A program made the translations under genes and the position numbers. The notes beneath the pieces are model-generated. The model did no database searches and was not told the origin of the DNA. It saw nothing but the letters and a program-made list of their open reading frames with translations. Shown piece after piece: positions 36,930-50,939 of a stretch of DNA of 64,000 bases (its first letter is position 1; each line of letters starts with the position of its first letter). The stretch is from Fimicolochytrium jonesii. Lineage: Eukaryota. Location of the stretch: positions 868,001 through 932,000 of the forward strand of contig NW_026515671.1 of NCBI RefSeq assembly GCF_025526975.1. The letters are read 5' to 3'.

Positions 36930-38222
36930 TCAAGCTTCCATCCTTCGAACGGTATTGCGTAGCAAGTCTGTGGGGAGAGAAAATAGGCTCAGTAGCTGGC
37001 TGAGGAGACTTGAATAGGCATATTCCCACTGTACCGTCCACTATCCATTGGGCCGTCGCCCGCTTCTTCAGATTCTTCTGAACTTCTCCAGTCAACCATG
37101 GCAAGAACTGCGTGTCCACTTCTCGCTCTACGGCATCGTAGAAGTATCCGCTGGTCGTTAAGCTCTGGTATACACTTGGCATGAGGTTTTGGAGGTACGA
37201 TTGTGCAAAGGCCCTGGCCGCAATTTTCTCTGCTGCCTCCTGCTTCTCCTTGAGGATGCGGATCTGTTCTGCTAATCGGCGCTCCTTCTCTTCCGAACGT
37301 CGGCGTTCGGCATCCTCCAACCTTTGAACCTCCGCGTTCTCCGCTGCTCGGCGCGCCTCGAACTCGGCCTGGGTAGAAATGTCAACTGGGTCGAAATGTC
37401 CTCCCCAAAGAGCTCCAAATGAAGCCGAACCTGATGTTTCCTCAGCGCCTCCAATTCCTCCTCCTCATGAACCTCCATCAGCGCCTGCTCAATCGTTTTC
37501 CCAACAAGCACCTCCAAGATAGGCTTGACCTCATAATCAAAGTCAAACAGTTCCCCTTCATACACCTGGGTCGCCACATCCAAGCCGCTCTTCATGGGAA
37601 TGAACAATGGACTTGGCGCTCGGTCCAGAAACGCATCTGTCTGAGTCGCTGCGTATGCCTCTGGGACCTTGTCTGTGAGCTCCTCAAGGTACAATTCGGT
37701 CTGTATGTCCTGGTGTCTGCGCCCTGGGACTGGGTCTGGGGTGCGAACTCGGCGTTGTGCTTCCGCTCGTCGTTTTGCTCGTAGGCGGCGTTTGATGTCG
37801 TTCTGCCGCTCCAGGGCAACCGGGTCGGGTTGATTGTTCTGTAATTTTCCAGTCCATTAACGGCGTTCACATGCACGAGCTCCACTCTGATGCAGCTTTG
37901 CTTACAATGGGTAAGGTTGGTGGTGCATATGTACTGCCTCTATAGATTCGACGATCATACATGATATTTTGCGGCCTGCGTGGAGAGAGACGCTTATCAG
38001 TTCAAACGTCCCACCACTGCGATGAAGACCAGCCAGGCTCAATCCTACATACACGAACTTCTCATCTCCCTCGTTCGGATCCCTATACTTCTTTCGTGGC
38101 GCCTGAACGGCCCGCGGCGCGGAAGCGAACGAGTAGGCTTCCTGCTTGCCAGGCGTCACCGGCTGCGTCCTACCGGCCGTCCCGGGCAAGGGCGGTGGTT
38201 GCGGACTCTCAGTTGCAAGCAT
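36930..38222 (-). CDS. RSP3: Flagellar radial spoke protein 3
   Basis: AYSFASAPRAV, NIMYDRRIYRGSTYA, QTELYLEELTDK, QTDAFLDRAPSPLFIPMKSGLDVATQ, ELFDFDYEVKPILEVLVGKTIEQALMEV, KIAARAFAQSYL and GYFYD. Confidence 0.95.
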
Positions 38223-38503
38223 CTTATAGATTTTCGTTAACCGAGGTTGAACAGGGCTTTGTAGGCCAACGCTGTCATAAGAAGAACCAGGAAAAGTGGC
38301 GACGTTCGGGACCTATTACGTGAGCGCGTTGCTGTCAATTTGTTACCTCCGAGTTCATTTTACACGCAACCTTCTCAAAAGCCAACGATCACGGGCCAGC
38401 TTGAGATTTGAATAAAGTCCATAAAACCGTTTAGTTTACAGCGACTGCGTCTTCCTTCCCGCAGCATACCTCACTTTGCAAGCCAAAGATACTTCACCGC
38501 GTC

Positions 38504-39322
38504 ATGACCAGCTCGGCGCCATCTCGAGTCATTGTTGTAGGTGAGGGCTGGGGTCTCTTTATCACCCACTGGCGGCAAGACAGTCTGAGTGAATCACTAT
38601 CACCCTTCAGCCCTGGACCACACTCCCACCGCTGCCCAGGCACTGTCGTATGCTCTTGACAATGTCGTGCGTCAGGGGGACAAACTGGTTCTTCTGAGCG
38701 TGGGAGTCACGGATACCTTGGAGTGGGCGGACGTGGACGAATTGGCTACGGGGTCAAGAGAGGCCGATGGGAAGCAGGTACTTTTCCATACACTCCAGCC
38801 TTGGCCTTGGCGAGTAATAGAGAGAGGCTCACACATGTTGATGTCTCGTCGAAGGCTGCAGAACAGCAAGCCACAGAACTGCTTCGTCGAGCAGAAGAGA
38901 TTGTAAAGCACCGATTCGCAAATAACGAGGTATGCCAAGCAAGAAGTCTGTGTATACGTACTGCCCGTGTGCAAGGAGCTAAGGACGCATCTTTCAATGC
39001 TTCAGCAAATCACCGTGGTAACACGGCCAGTTGTCGGATCCAGCGGAGTCCATAACACGATTGTCGAAATTTGCGATACCGTCAGAGCGACCATGCTAGT
39101 CATTGGCAGTCGCAACCTCCCGGGCCTGAAGCGGTATGGTGACCTGTTTCTGAAGCCTACCCATTAATATCGCACGTCCCACTCATACTTTCAAACAGCA
39201 TCATTCTGGGCTCTACTAGCGATGATGTGGCTCACAAGGCCCGATGTCCAGTTCTGATCGTGAAGGAGAATCAACCGAGTCCAACAGGAGGTTCCAGGTG
39301 GCCTGCTTGGGCGAAGCTCTGA
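38504..39322 (+). CDS. Universal stress protein (UspA domain), 5 exons, C-terminal AKL
   Basis: RVIVV|ALDHT..ALSYAL..GDKLVLLSV; MLVIGSRNLPGLKR|IILGSTSDDVAHKARCPVLIVK. One internal splice junction (~38750-38825) is not resolved. Confidence 0.9.
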
Positions 39323-39762
39323 TATCACGAAGTCCGCACATAGTCTGTTCTTGTACATAGCCAGATTTTCGATTTGACTAATGGAGTTCTATACTGTATA
39401 ACCATCCCGCGACTCCCATATTGCGGGTATCCTGACGGAAATGGCCCTACGCAGCAGTGAAGCCACAAAGCGTCAAAGTTCACGGTAACCCTAACCCCGC
39501 CGGGCAAACCTGAATTTGGGTCTATGACGCAACATCGATGACCAGAATAAATACTAACGGGCGCGTGGCTCCCACACATTCCACTCATCAACTCTCGAGA
39601 TCAATCCTCGGAAACAGTATCAGCCTCCCCATCGTCCACCGGAACTCGCTCCAACTCGCCATCGTCCAATCTTGGCTCATCCTGAAGCGTATAGTAGCTC
39701 AAGTCTTTCCAGTTTGCCCACATACCCACACGATCGCACACATACTGCATCATACGCCCACC

Positions 39763-42124
<2,362 letters not shown>

Positions 42125-42938
42125 TTGAGTCAAAGCTGTCAGTTTTCATTCTATTCTGCCATTGCTTGGAATTAGCTCGCTTGGGAGATTGGCGCTGGAC
42201 CTTGGGACCTCGTGATTGTAGTTTTGTATGCTAGGAATGTCTTTTGGACGTAGGATTTGGCCTCGTTCTCTGAGTAGCTTCTCGCATTTGTCGTCCAAAA
42301 ACATCTAGCCTAAGCTTTTATGGACCCCATGTTTCTACGAAGAAAAACATATAGTCAGAGGGGGTCCACATGACAAACACAACCACAATACCCAAGTCCA
42401 GATCCAGGTCCATACCTAACATTTTACCGGTGTTGGATTTATGCCACACGGGTGGGAAAGCCCCCGGGAGAGAGACGAGGCCTGGTCTCCGAACTTCTTT
42501 TTATATGCAAGCTTCGATTAGAAGCCTCGTCTTTTGCTCTCCCCAACTTCAAGGGTCGCCACAGCGGAAATTGAATTGAATTTGCAGGGGGATGCAATGA
42601 TACGTGGGTGGGACTGGATGTGGAGAGTTAGCAGAACTTCAAACCTCAAAGCCGAATGCATTCTACCGGCTGCTGGAGGAGACCAAGAAGCGGGGAGCAA
42701 GTAATGAAAAGCTTCGTTCAATGAGTGATCTACAAAAAAAATGAGGAGGGAGCCGAGGAATCTACCAAAATGTACAGAATAAACGCCTACCGAGAAGCAA
42801 AAGGGGAAAGCTAGAGTATATACAGCGGATAAAGGGAGGAGGGGACTACAAAAGTATGCGACAGAGAAAGGGTGGATTCCAATATGGCTCCTGTTCTCAA
42901 TCGAGAGGCAGCCTTCAGCACAAAGAGAGTGGCCGAGT

Positions 42939-44023
42939 TCAAGCGACTTCAGCGCTAACAGCCGAGCAAGCGCTCAGATCCTCAAAGAACCGCAACTTTG
43001 GCTTAATGTTGGGACAGAGCATGGCAGCTGTGGTAGGGCTCGTACGCAGTACTTTCATGCATTCCAGAGATTCGACCGTGGGCCGGTGGTTCAGGGATGT
43101 GAAGATGCGAGATGAGGTAAGGCGTTTGTCCAGCTCGACCTGGGTGGCGAGCATAGTGGGATGGTACGCGCAGTACTTCATAACTTGGTGGGCTGCAGGA
43201 AGGTAAAAAGATCAGTACTTGGTGCAAGGAGCTCTAGAACGGTGCATGTGTGAACCCACTTTTGGCCACGCCCATCTTCCTAAGGTCCTCGACGGTGATC
43301 CTGCTCCGCAGCGACTTTCTCAACTTGTCCTCCTTCAGCGCTTTGTTCAACTTGAGTGCCCTGGTCATCAACTTCGGCGAGCAGGGGGCGCCCAGTCCGT
43401 CCCCCACATCCGACCCTGACCTGCTCACAGTGCCTTGGCATCTCACATCCGCCATGGGAATAACGTTCCTCAAAGCCAACTCCTCGACTGACGGCCGGTC
43501 CCTCAATGACTTCCCCAACGACTTGTAGATGAACAACTTGCGGATCGATTGCTGCGCTACCCAGTGGGCCACACGGACCGGGCTGTTCACGTAGGTTGTT
43601 CCGTTGTTCTCTCGGAAAGGGGTGGTACGCAGAATGTTCAGAGCTACCAAGTCTCGACGAGAGGGTCGTTGGGGCATGTGGAAAAGGCGGGAAGAGACTC
43701 GGCGACGGTTACGGGATGCCAGATAGATTTTCCAAAGGATACGGTCCGTCGCGAGTATATGGAACAGGCGGCAGACTCGAGCAAGGGTCTGGAGGTCGAC
43801 GTCCTCGACGAACTGTGGGAAATGTTGAGGACATGTTCAGACGGAAACAATGGCACCTTGGCCTCAGACGAATTTCGAGCTCGCAATGAAAGGCGTCTAT
43901 ACGGGTTTCAAACGGGTTCCCTCAGGTGCTTACCGTGAAGACCAGAGCCCAAACCTCCTTTGGTACCTCGGCCATTGCGTGGCCAGCCTCCGAGGTGTAA
44001 CTTGGGTATCCGGACACTTCCAT
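42939..44023 (-). CDS. F-box protein with RPEL-like repeats, 3 exons
   Basis: Removing intron 43813-43933 joins VPKEVWALVFT to FVEDVDLQTLARVCRLFHILATDRILW (F-box). It is followed by RPSRRDLVALNIL, LRDRPSVEELALRNVI, LRSRITVEDLRKMGV and LNHRPTVESLECMKVL. Confidence 0.82.
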
Positions 44024-44489
44024 TGCGCCGAATGCGACGGCTCTAAGGCGCTTTGGTGTCTGTTTTCAGGCTGACTCTCTCTTCTGCACACTGGTTGCCG
44101 CTATATCAGGTTAGCTCGTTGAAGTGCTTGTGTTCGTAGTTGGTTTTGCGAATCGCAGGCGAACGCAGTCTGTTTCTGGTTGGGTTGAGGGAAGTCTGCG
44201 CAACTACAGTACAGTAGAATCCAGAACGGGGGTTGCGTGACACACGCGATTATTGATGACAGCACGAGTCACGACCTGGCACGCAAAGAATGCAAAGATA
44301 AAGGCTGTCGGATCCACCCCCTACCCTATATCACCGGACATTGACTGGCTCTTGGGGCGAAACTCTGGTAATACGGTGGTATATTGCGTTGACGATGCCA
44401 AAAGTGAATAGAAAAGAGTTGCTGGTGGGCTAGGCAAGCCCCTTAAATAATGGGATGGAGTCTACGGATCTACGCAGAGGTGCTTCTGT

Positions 44490-45397
44490 CTATGTACGAA
44501 CAAAGAATGGAGCCGGTCCGTTCCGCTTGCGTGCTGACATCGCTCTGACGGCTGCATGAGGAAGGCGAGGTTAGCGATTGACGCCTCGACGTCGAGATCG
44601 AGGAAGCCCAGGAAGCCATCACGTACCATCGGTTCGCTTCACCCTGCCATTCATCAGCCTGTCTCTCCTGAAAGTAAGCGTTGCCGGATCTGCAGCGGGA
44701 GGCTCCGGAGCGGCGTTCCGCGCTACAACTCTAAATCCATCTATCGAGAACTCGCCAGGTCTGCCATCCTTCTTCTTTGACTTTTTTCGTGACCCTGCAC
44801 CATCGTCGTCCCCACTTAGCCGCGTGTGCTTTCCCAAAGACTTTTGCGCGGTTGCTTTAATCTCCTCCTCCGCCTCGTCCAACTCCTCCGCAGCTTTCAA
44901 CAGCTCGTCCGGCAGCCGTGTGATTCGCTCCGCCAGTTTCGATTTCTTTTCTGTTTGTTGCGCTGCGAGGCGTTCGTTTATATCCCGACGCTTCTTTCGC
45001 TCCTCAGTCTTTTGCCTATGGAAGGGATTGAGCGTGAATGAAACGGTCGCAAGATAAGGCTGAAAGCAAATTGCACATACTTCTTCTCCAGTTCCTTGGC
45101 TGCAGCAGCGGCATTCAAAGCGCGTTCACGAGCGGCGGCGACCGAAACAGCCTCAGGCTCCGCCTCGGCTTCTTCATTCTCCTCCTCTTCTTCGTCAGAG
45201 GAGTACGCAATCTCGTCAGAGTCATATTGCTCCTCCGTGGCCTTCGTCTCTTCCACCGCCTCTTCGATGGGTGTCTCGTCGGTTGACTGTGATGACTCCT
45301 CTGCTTCTGCTGCTTCTACTCCTGCTGGCGATTCTTCCCGCTCCTCCACCTGTTCCCGCTCTTCGACGGTGGTCCTCTTTCGATTTCTCAACTGCAT
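44490..45397 (-). CDS. Charged nucleolar protein, Utp16/Bud21/NOL7-like, 3 exons
   Basis: Acidic tract, then EPEAVS, a coiled coil, RLPDELL, KHTRL and a basic C-terminus (RNGPAPFFVRT). Splicing is phase-consistent. Confidence 0.55.
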
Positions 45398-45710
45398 TGC
45401 GGTTGCCTTCGGTAAGATACTGTACAATACAAATGTAAATTGGAAGGTATCACTTGCTTGGTTTGCCGTTGTCAAAACCGAGTTCAGAATTGGAACTTGA
45501 AGCCTCGAACTTAATTGCGTTGTCACGTGTAATCCAGCGAGATTATTCCCCCACAAAGGACGCTGTGGAAATCGAAGGTTTGAATCGACAAGAGAGTAAA
45601 TATCACATTCAAGTGGTGATCTCAACAGGAAGCAGGTGAGACTCGATACCTTACGCAAGCAGCATTCCGGCATCCCTTACGGCGAACGAGGGCAGAGGAG
45701 AGGGATGCGC

Positions 45711-45737
45711 AGATGGATGGATGGATCGATGGATGGG
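45711..45737. repeat. Short imperfect (GATG)n microsatellite
   Basis: agatggatggatggatcgatggatggg. Confidence 0.7.
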
Positions 45738-46363
45738 TGCATGTGCAGTTCGACCGAGAAGGATGGGTTGGAATTTGGAACGACGACAGCCAATGACTAG
45801 ACTTTGCAACATGCGAGCGAATGCGAGAACAGTAGACCAGGGTGCACACCCCATCTCTAGCTGGAACGAACGGATCCATTGTCAATGGTGCTCCGGGACT
45901 TCAGTAGCACCGCCCATGTCGTCGGGTGAATGTGCGATGGTCATTCTCAAAGTCACCAATCCCATCCCGTCCTGGACCGGCTCGGACTCGCATAGACACA
46001 GCTGGGGAGGTCGAGACGATCGCGACGGAATGTCATCTGTGGCGAGCGTTGGGGATGGCTAGAGAGGGGCTGGGCGGCTGGTCGTTACGAACGGTCCCAG
46101 GCGTACGCCTTCGAGTAACGCCTCCAGTGCTGTGAACGAGCGCTATCGATAGATATAACCCTGAATAGCGAGTCAACCGTCGGGCCTGGCATGCCGAGGA
46201 GCCCTTTTCATCACGGTTTTGACAATGACCTATTCACAAGAGGGTTGGGAGAGTTTCACCGATCTGGCACGGCAGGATGGTCCGTGACACGAGAGCGCTA
46301 ACGCGCCCTTGCTCCCCCTCGTTTTTTTCTTAGCCAACTGTACTTCCACTTCGATAAGACAAA

Positions 46364-47287
46364 ATGGGTCGTGTTATCCGTGCTCAAAGGAAAGGTGCTG
46401 GTGGTATTTTCAAATCCCACACCAAGCACCGCAAGGGCGCTGCCAAGCACCGTTCCCAAGACTTCGCTGAGAGGTATGTGGGTCAGGAAATCTGAGTTGT
46501 CCGGTTTGCTTTCGAAAGTGCTTACGATTATCTACTTTGTCTCCACCAGGCATGGTTACATCCGTGGTCTCGTGAAGGAGATCATCCACGACCCTGGACG
46601 TGGTGCCCCTCTCGCCAAGGTTGTCTTCCGTGACCCTTACCGCTTCAAGCAGCGTGAGGAGATCTTCGTCGCCACCGAAGGCATGTTCACTGGCCAGTTC
46701 ATCTACTGCGGAAAGAAGGGTGAGTTTGATATATGTTAGATCGGATGTCATGTCAGCGTCAGAAACTTATGTCGCAAATTTCTTTCCTCTGAATAGCTGC
46801 CTTGACCGTTGGAAACGTTCTCCCTCTTGGCTCCATGCCCGAGGGTACCATCGTTTGCAACATGGAGGAGAAGGTCGGTGACCGTGGTGCCATTGCTCGT
46901 TGCGCCGGTAACTACGCCACCGTCATCGGTCACAACGCTGACGACGGCAAGACCCGTGTCAAGCTCCCTTCTGGCGCCAAAAAGGTTCTCGACTCTGGCT
47001 GCCGTGCCGCCGTCGGTATCGTCGCCGCCGGTGGTATCGTCGACAAGCCCTTGCTCAAGGCTGGTCGTGCCTTCCACAAGTACAAGGTCAAGAGAAACAG
47101 CTGGCCCCGTACTCGTGGTGTGGCTATGAACCCGGTTGATCACCCCCACGGAGGTGGTAACCACCAGCACATTGGTCACGCTTCCACTGTCAAGCGCAGC
47201 GCTCCCCCAGGTCAAAAAGTTGGTCTCATTGCTGCCCGTCGTACTGGTCTTATCCGCGGTACCAAGAAGCTTGGAGACAAGGCTTAA
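46364..47287 (+). CDS. RPL2: 60S ribosomal protein uL2 (L2/L8), 3 exons
   Basis: [50 protein letters not shown], and strongly biased codon usage. Confidence 0.98.
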
Positions 47288-47530
47288 GTGTCTGCGGATG
47301 TATGATAATCGGCCTTTGCATATATGGCTGTCGACTTGTCATGTCATTTGTGCTAATAGAAAACATGAAAAACAACGTCTGCTGGCTTCAATGAGCGATG
47401 CACCTTCGGAATCTTGTTTGGATGGCGGCACGCTGTCAAAGACATGTGAAAGAAACTGCAGAATATCTACTTGAAAGGATATGATACACAACTAAGTAAA
47501 TGGCGGAAGAGCTACCATCTGATTACTAGA

Positions 47531-48415
47531 CTAACTCAAGAACTCCCCAGCGTCGTTGCCCTCGGCTTCAGCAACTGCACCTTGTGGAGCATCAGCCGTG
47601 GCGTCATCGTCCTTCTTGATACTGGCCAGGGCCAAAGCCACCTTCTCCTTCCGCAATGTACTTCGCAATTGCTTCCACAGGATGACATTGTAGTAGTTCA
47701 CGAGGACCATCCCCAAGAAAGCCATCCACCAGGTATAAGCTGGGAACGCCCAGTTCGGTCGGTCCTGGATGCCGACCTGGTACGTGATGTACAAATTCGC
47801 CAGGATGCGGGTCGGGACATACGTCGCTGACAGACCCGCCGTGGCAAACTTGTACGCCGTAGCGGCCGTGGCCGGCAGGTGATCGAACCCGTTGTAGAAC
47901 AAGACCAAGATCTTGCGCACGTGTATGAAAATGGAGTTGAACTCCACGAGTAGCGTCAAAACCAAGTAGGGTGTCAGAGCGCACTTATGCAGCGCCGCGG
48001 AGTAGCACACCACCGTGACGATGTGATGCGCCCATATCCCCAGATTGCGGCCATACACCCCCGTCACGGCCATATCCCAGCAATCGGCGATGAAATACCC
48101 CGCCGAAAAAGCCACAGTCGTCCGTGACGCAGCCAGCGCCCAGTGGTTGGCCTTCAGACCCTGCAAATCTGTCAAGAGGTCTGGGTGGGAGGCGAAAGTG
48201 GAGAGAACGAGGTAGGAGGAGCAGACGGCGTGGAGGAAGGAGGCGAGGTGGTTGGCGAGGAGGGTTTGCGTCTTTGGTGGGAGGTGTTTGGTGGCAGGCT
48301 GCTGGCGTAATGTGATACGGAGAAAGATGTGTCGGAAGAGGACGAAGGCTATGAGGGAGGAGATCATTTGTCTCCAGCCTTCGAACGTGCAGTAGGCAAC
48401 CGTTGTGCCCGCCAT
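47531..48415 (-). CDS. TLC (TRAM/LAG1/CLN8) domain membrane protein, intronless
   Basis: LASFLHA, FSAGYFIAD, IWAHH, LLVEFNSIFIH, TR, and LVNYY..W, with multiple TM segments. Confidence 0.88.
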   Translation of the reverse strand: MAGTTVAYCTFEGWRQMISSLIAFVLFRHIFLRITLRQQPATKHLPPKTQTLLANHLASFLHAVCSSYLVLSTFASHPDLLTDLQGLKANHWALAASRTTVAFSAGYFIADCWDMAVTGVYGRNLGIWAHHIVTVVCYSAALHKCALTPYLVLTLLVEFNSIFIHVRKILVLFYNGFDHLPATAATAYKFATAGLSATYVPTRILANLYITYQVGIQDRPNWAFPAYTWWMAFLGMVLVNYYNVILWKQLRSTLRKEKVALALASIKKDDDATADAPQGAVAEAEGNDAGEFLS

Positions 48416-49845
48416 GGTCGTGAGGTTACTCTTCGTTGGAGGGGTGGGGGTGTTCAAGATTCTCACAGTTTGAGGCAGGCGAAGTGCCTGTCAGCCTCGC
48501 AATAGGGCCCCCAAGCGAAAGTAACTTTTAGCTCGAGCTATAACGATACCGGTGGCAGGTCAGGTCAGGATATCCTGTTTTGTGTTGACAGCGAGCCATT
48601 TCTTGGCCGAGGCTTTTATGGCTTGCTTTTGCGGGAGGAAAAAGGCTGGAACCTGGGCTGGAACTCCACAAAAGCCCAAAAATGCACAGGCGCGCGCACA
48701 GACGGATCGGCGTTTGCAGATTGACGGGCCGATTCCCTGGAAAACCTATTCTTGGGCACGCTTAACCCTCTGGCGACCCTACCACGAATCGCACTGACAT
48801 TTGATGTTCTGCCGTTGTCCGGGAAGAGCAATGCGGGAAGCGGCGGAGGTGTTTATCGGCTCCATAACCAGCATTTTATGGGATTTGGGTGCACAAGTGT
48901 CACAGGCCTGACAAGCCCTGTCTGCTTTGTACTGCACAAGCGTGCATCTAGATCGGCTTAGCGGTTGGAAAGCCGGCACGTTTTGACATGAATGGCAACG
49001 CTTTCCAAATGTTGAACAGGATGGGTAGTGAGCCGAGTTACTCACACATTATTTCCTTCCCATGCCCATCGACATTCGGGGACTGGGCAAATCTGAGAAG
49101 CCCATATCGCTTTTACATATGTATACAGTATGTGAGCACTGAGCACCACAGACGATGCTATCCATGAGTCATGCTCGCAAGGGCAACGGAGGGAGCGGTG
49201 GCAAAATGCGGTCGATCTCGAGCGAAGGAGCGAAGAGACGCGTCTTACGCAAGCAACGCGAACTTCGCCCTTCTTCATCTTCTTCTCCCCCTTCGGCCGA
49301 AGCAACAGGTCAGACGCGCCCTTCTTCTGACGGGTGTATTCTTAAAAGAGGGTCCTCCCAATATCATCATCAGATGAAGAAGGCTCTTCTTCGCAGAGAC
49401 CCGTTCCCCGTAATGTTGTTGTTTTTTGCATGTCATGACTTTTTGTGGGCTCTTCCGTAAGCACCGGCCGAAGGTCCTGCTGAAAGAATGCCGGACCAGA
49501 AAAAGAAGGGAATTGCGAAGGTCCCTTGTTGGCCACCGACAGCTTCAAGTGAGGAGGGGTATCGCAGGCTTCCATAAGCCTGGATTCTCACGACTGCTCC
49601 AATTCCTCTTCAACGTTCGTGATATATAAGAGCTCTTGCAGCTGTCTTCGCCCACCTTGCTTCTTGATTTCTTGTCCCCCCAAGCATAGCTAAAACGCAT
49701 CGCACACCTCTACCCCAACTCGAACTGACGACCAATCTAGCACGTTGCAATCCTAGCTCTCCTCTCTCGTTCTCGTCACATCCGCTGCTTTCGCTGCGTA
49801 CGAACACGCATCACCTCTCCAAGCACCAAAACCAACCAACTCGAA

Positions 49846-50426
49846 ATGCGCGCTTTTACATTGCCAGCCGCATGGATCTTGGTGCTCGCTTTGCTATCGT
49901 GCCTTGCCATTGGGGTATGTACTTCTCATCGCTCTTTACCGTCGTTGATCTAAGCAGCGCCTGTGCACAGAATGCATGTGTGCAGCCGTCGTTGTCTTCT
50001 TGACGCGTTATGAACGCGCCTCCACCTTGAGACTGTTTACTCACCAATGTCCCAACCTTTCGCCCCTTCCAGCCAAAAGCAGTATCAGCCGTCCCAGCCG
50101 TGCGCAACATCGCTCTAGAGAATGGCATCATACCCTGCCCATCCGGTCGTCACCTCACCATCCTCCCCGTGGATAACTCTGACGGCGTCACGCTCGGCCA
50201 GCTCGCGATTGAGAGCGATGTTGTCCCGCCACCCACGTACACATACACCCTCGAGCTCGACCTTCCGGACAACTCGGTCGTCATTACCACCGATGGGCTC
50301 GTGCAACTCAACAGCCCTGGTGGTCTGGGTCCAGACAAGGCTGTCGGCTTCAAGGCAAAGGCGTCCCCCGTCCAACCGGCATCCGTAGGAGATCTCTCGC
50401 AGTTCTTCCTCGTGCAAATGATCTAG
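49846..50426 (+). CDS. Small secreted orphan protein (~140 aa), 2 exons
   Basis: Exon 1 MRAFTLPAAWILVLALLSCLAIG (signal peptide-like) splices in phase 0 (gtatgt...ttccag) to PKAVSAVPAVRNIALENG...FFLVQMI. Confidence 0.7.
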
Positions 50427-50939
50427 AAAGACGTAATACAAACCTAAAGCTCCGGTCTTGCGCTATCCGTCCATCGGGTTAGCAACCATCTCCATCCACC
50501 GACCTAAACTTCATCGCAATATCACCTTCACCGATGGCGGCCGTTCAAGCGCACCCTTTCACCACCCTCATCATTGCGCGTGCTTCAACTTACCTTATGT
50601 ATCTTGCTCTGTTATTTATTCCCGCACTCTTTGGGCGGGCTGGCAAACCCCTTGTAAATGTAAATAGATTGTGCTTCCCTTCCTGGACCTTCAAATGTAC
50701 CAAAACCCCGTCTTTCCCCCTCCGATGCTTCGCGTATGACATTGAGAGCGAGGTACTTTTCGTCATGTAAACTATTTTTATACCCAAACGGTTGCAATAG
50801 ACTCCTGCACATGTGAACTATATTGAGACTTGCGGACGAGTATTTGGTGGGCAGTCGACTTCATTCAACGAGTGATATGCTACATTCTACGTACATGAAG
50901 CGCTCGCTCCAAAGGAGTCCTACGCACCTAGGCTCATAT

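Noticed and set aside
38230..38500. RFX X-box upstream of RSP3
   Set aside because: Only a GTTGC half-site is present, with no convincing full palindrome.
45876..45912. Two small hairpins and a GAAGTCCCGG motif reminiscent of RNase MRP CR-I
   Set aside because: No matching CR-V/P4 partner was found downstream, so there is no support for an RNA gene.
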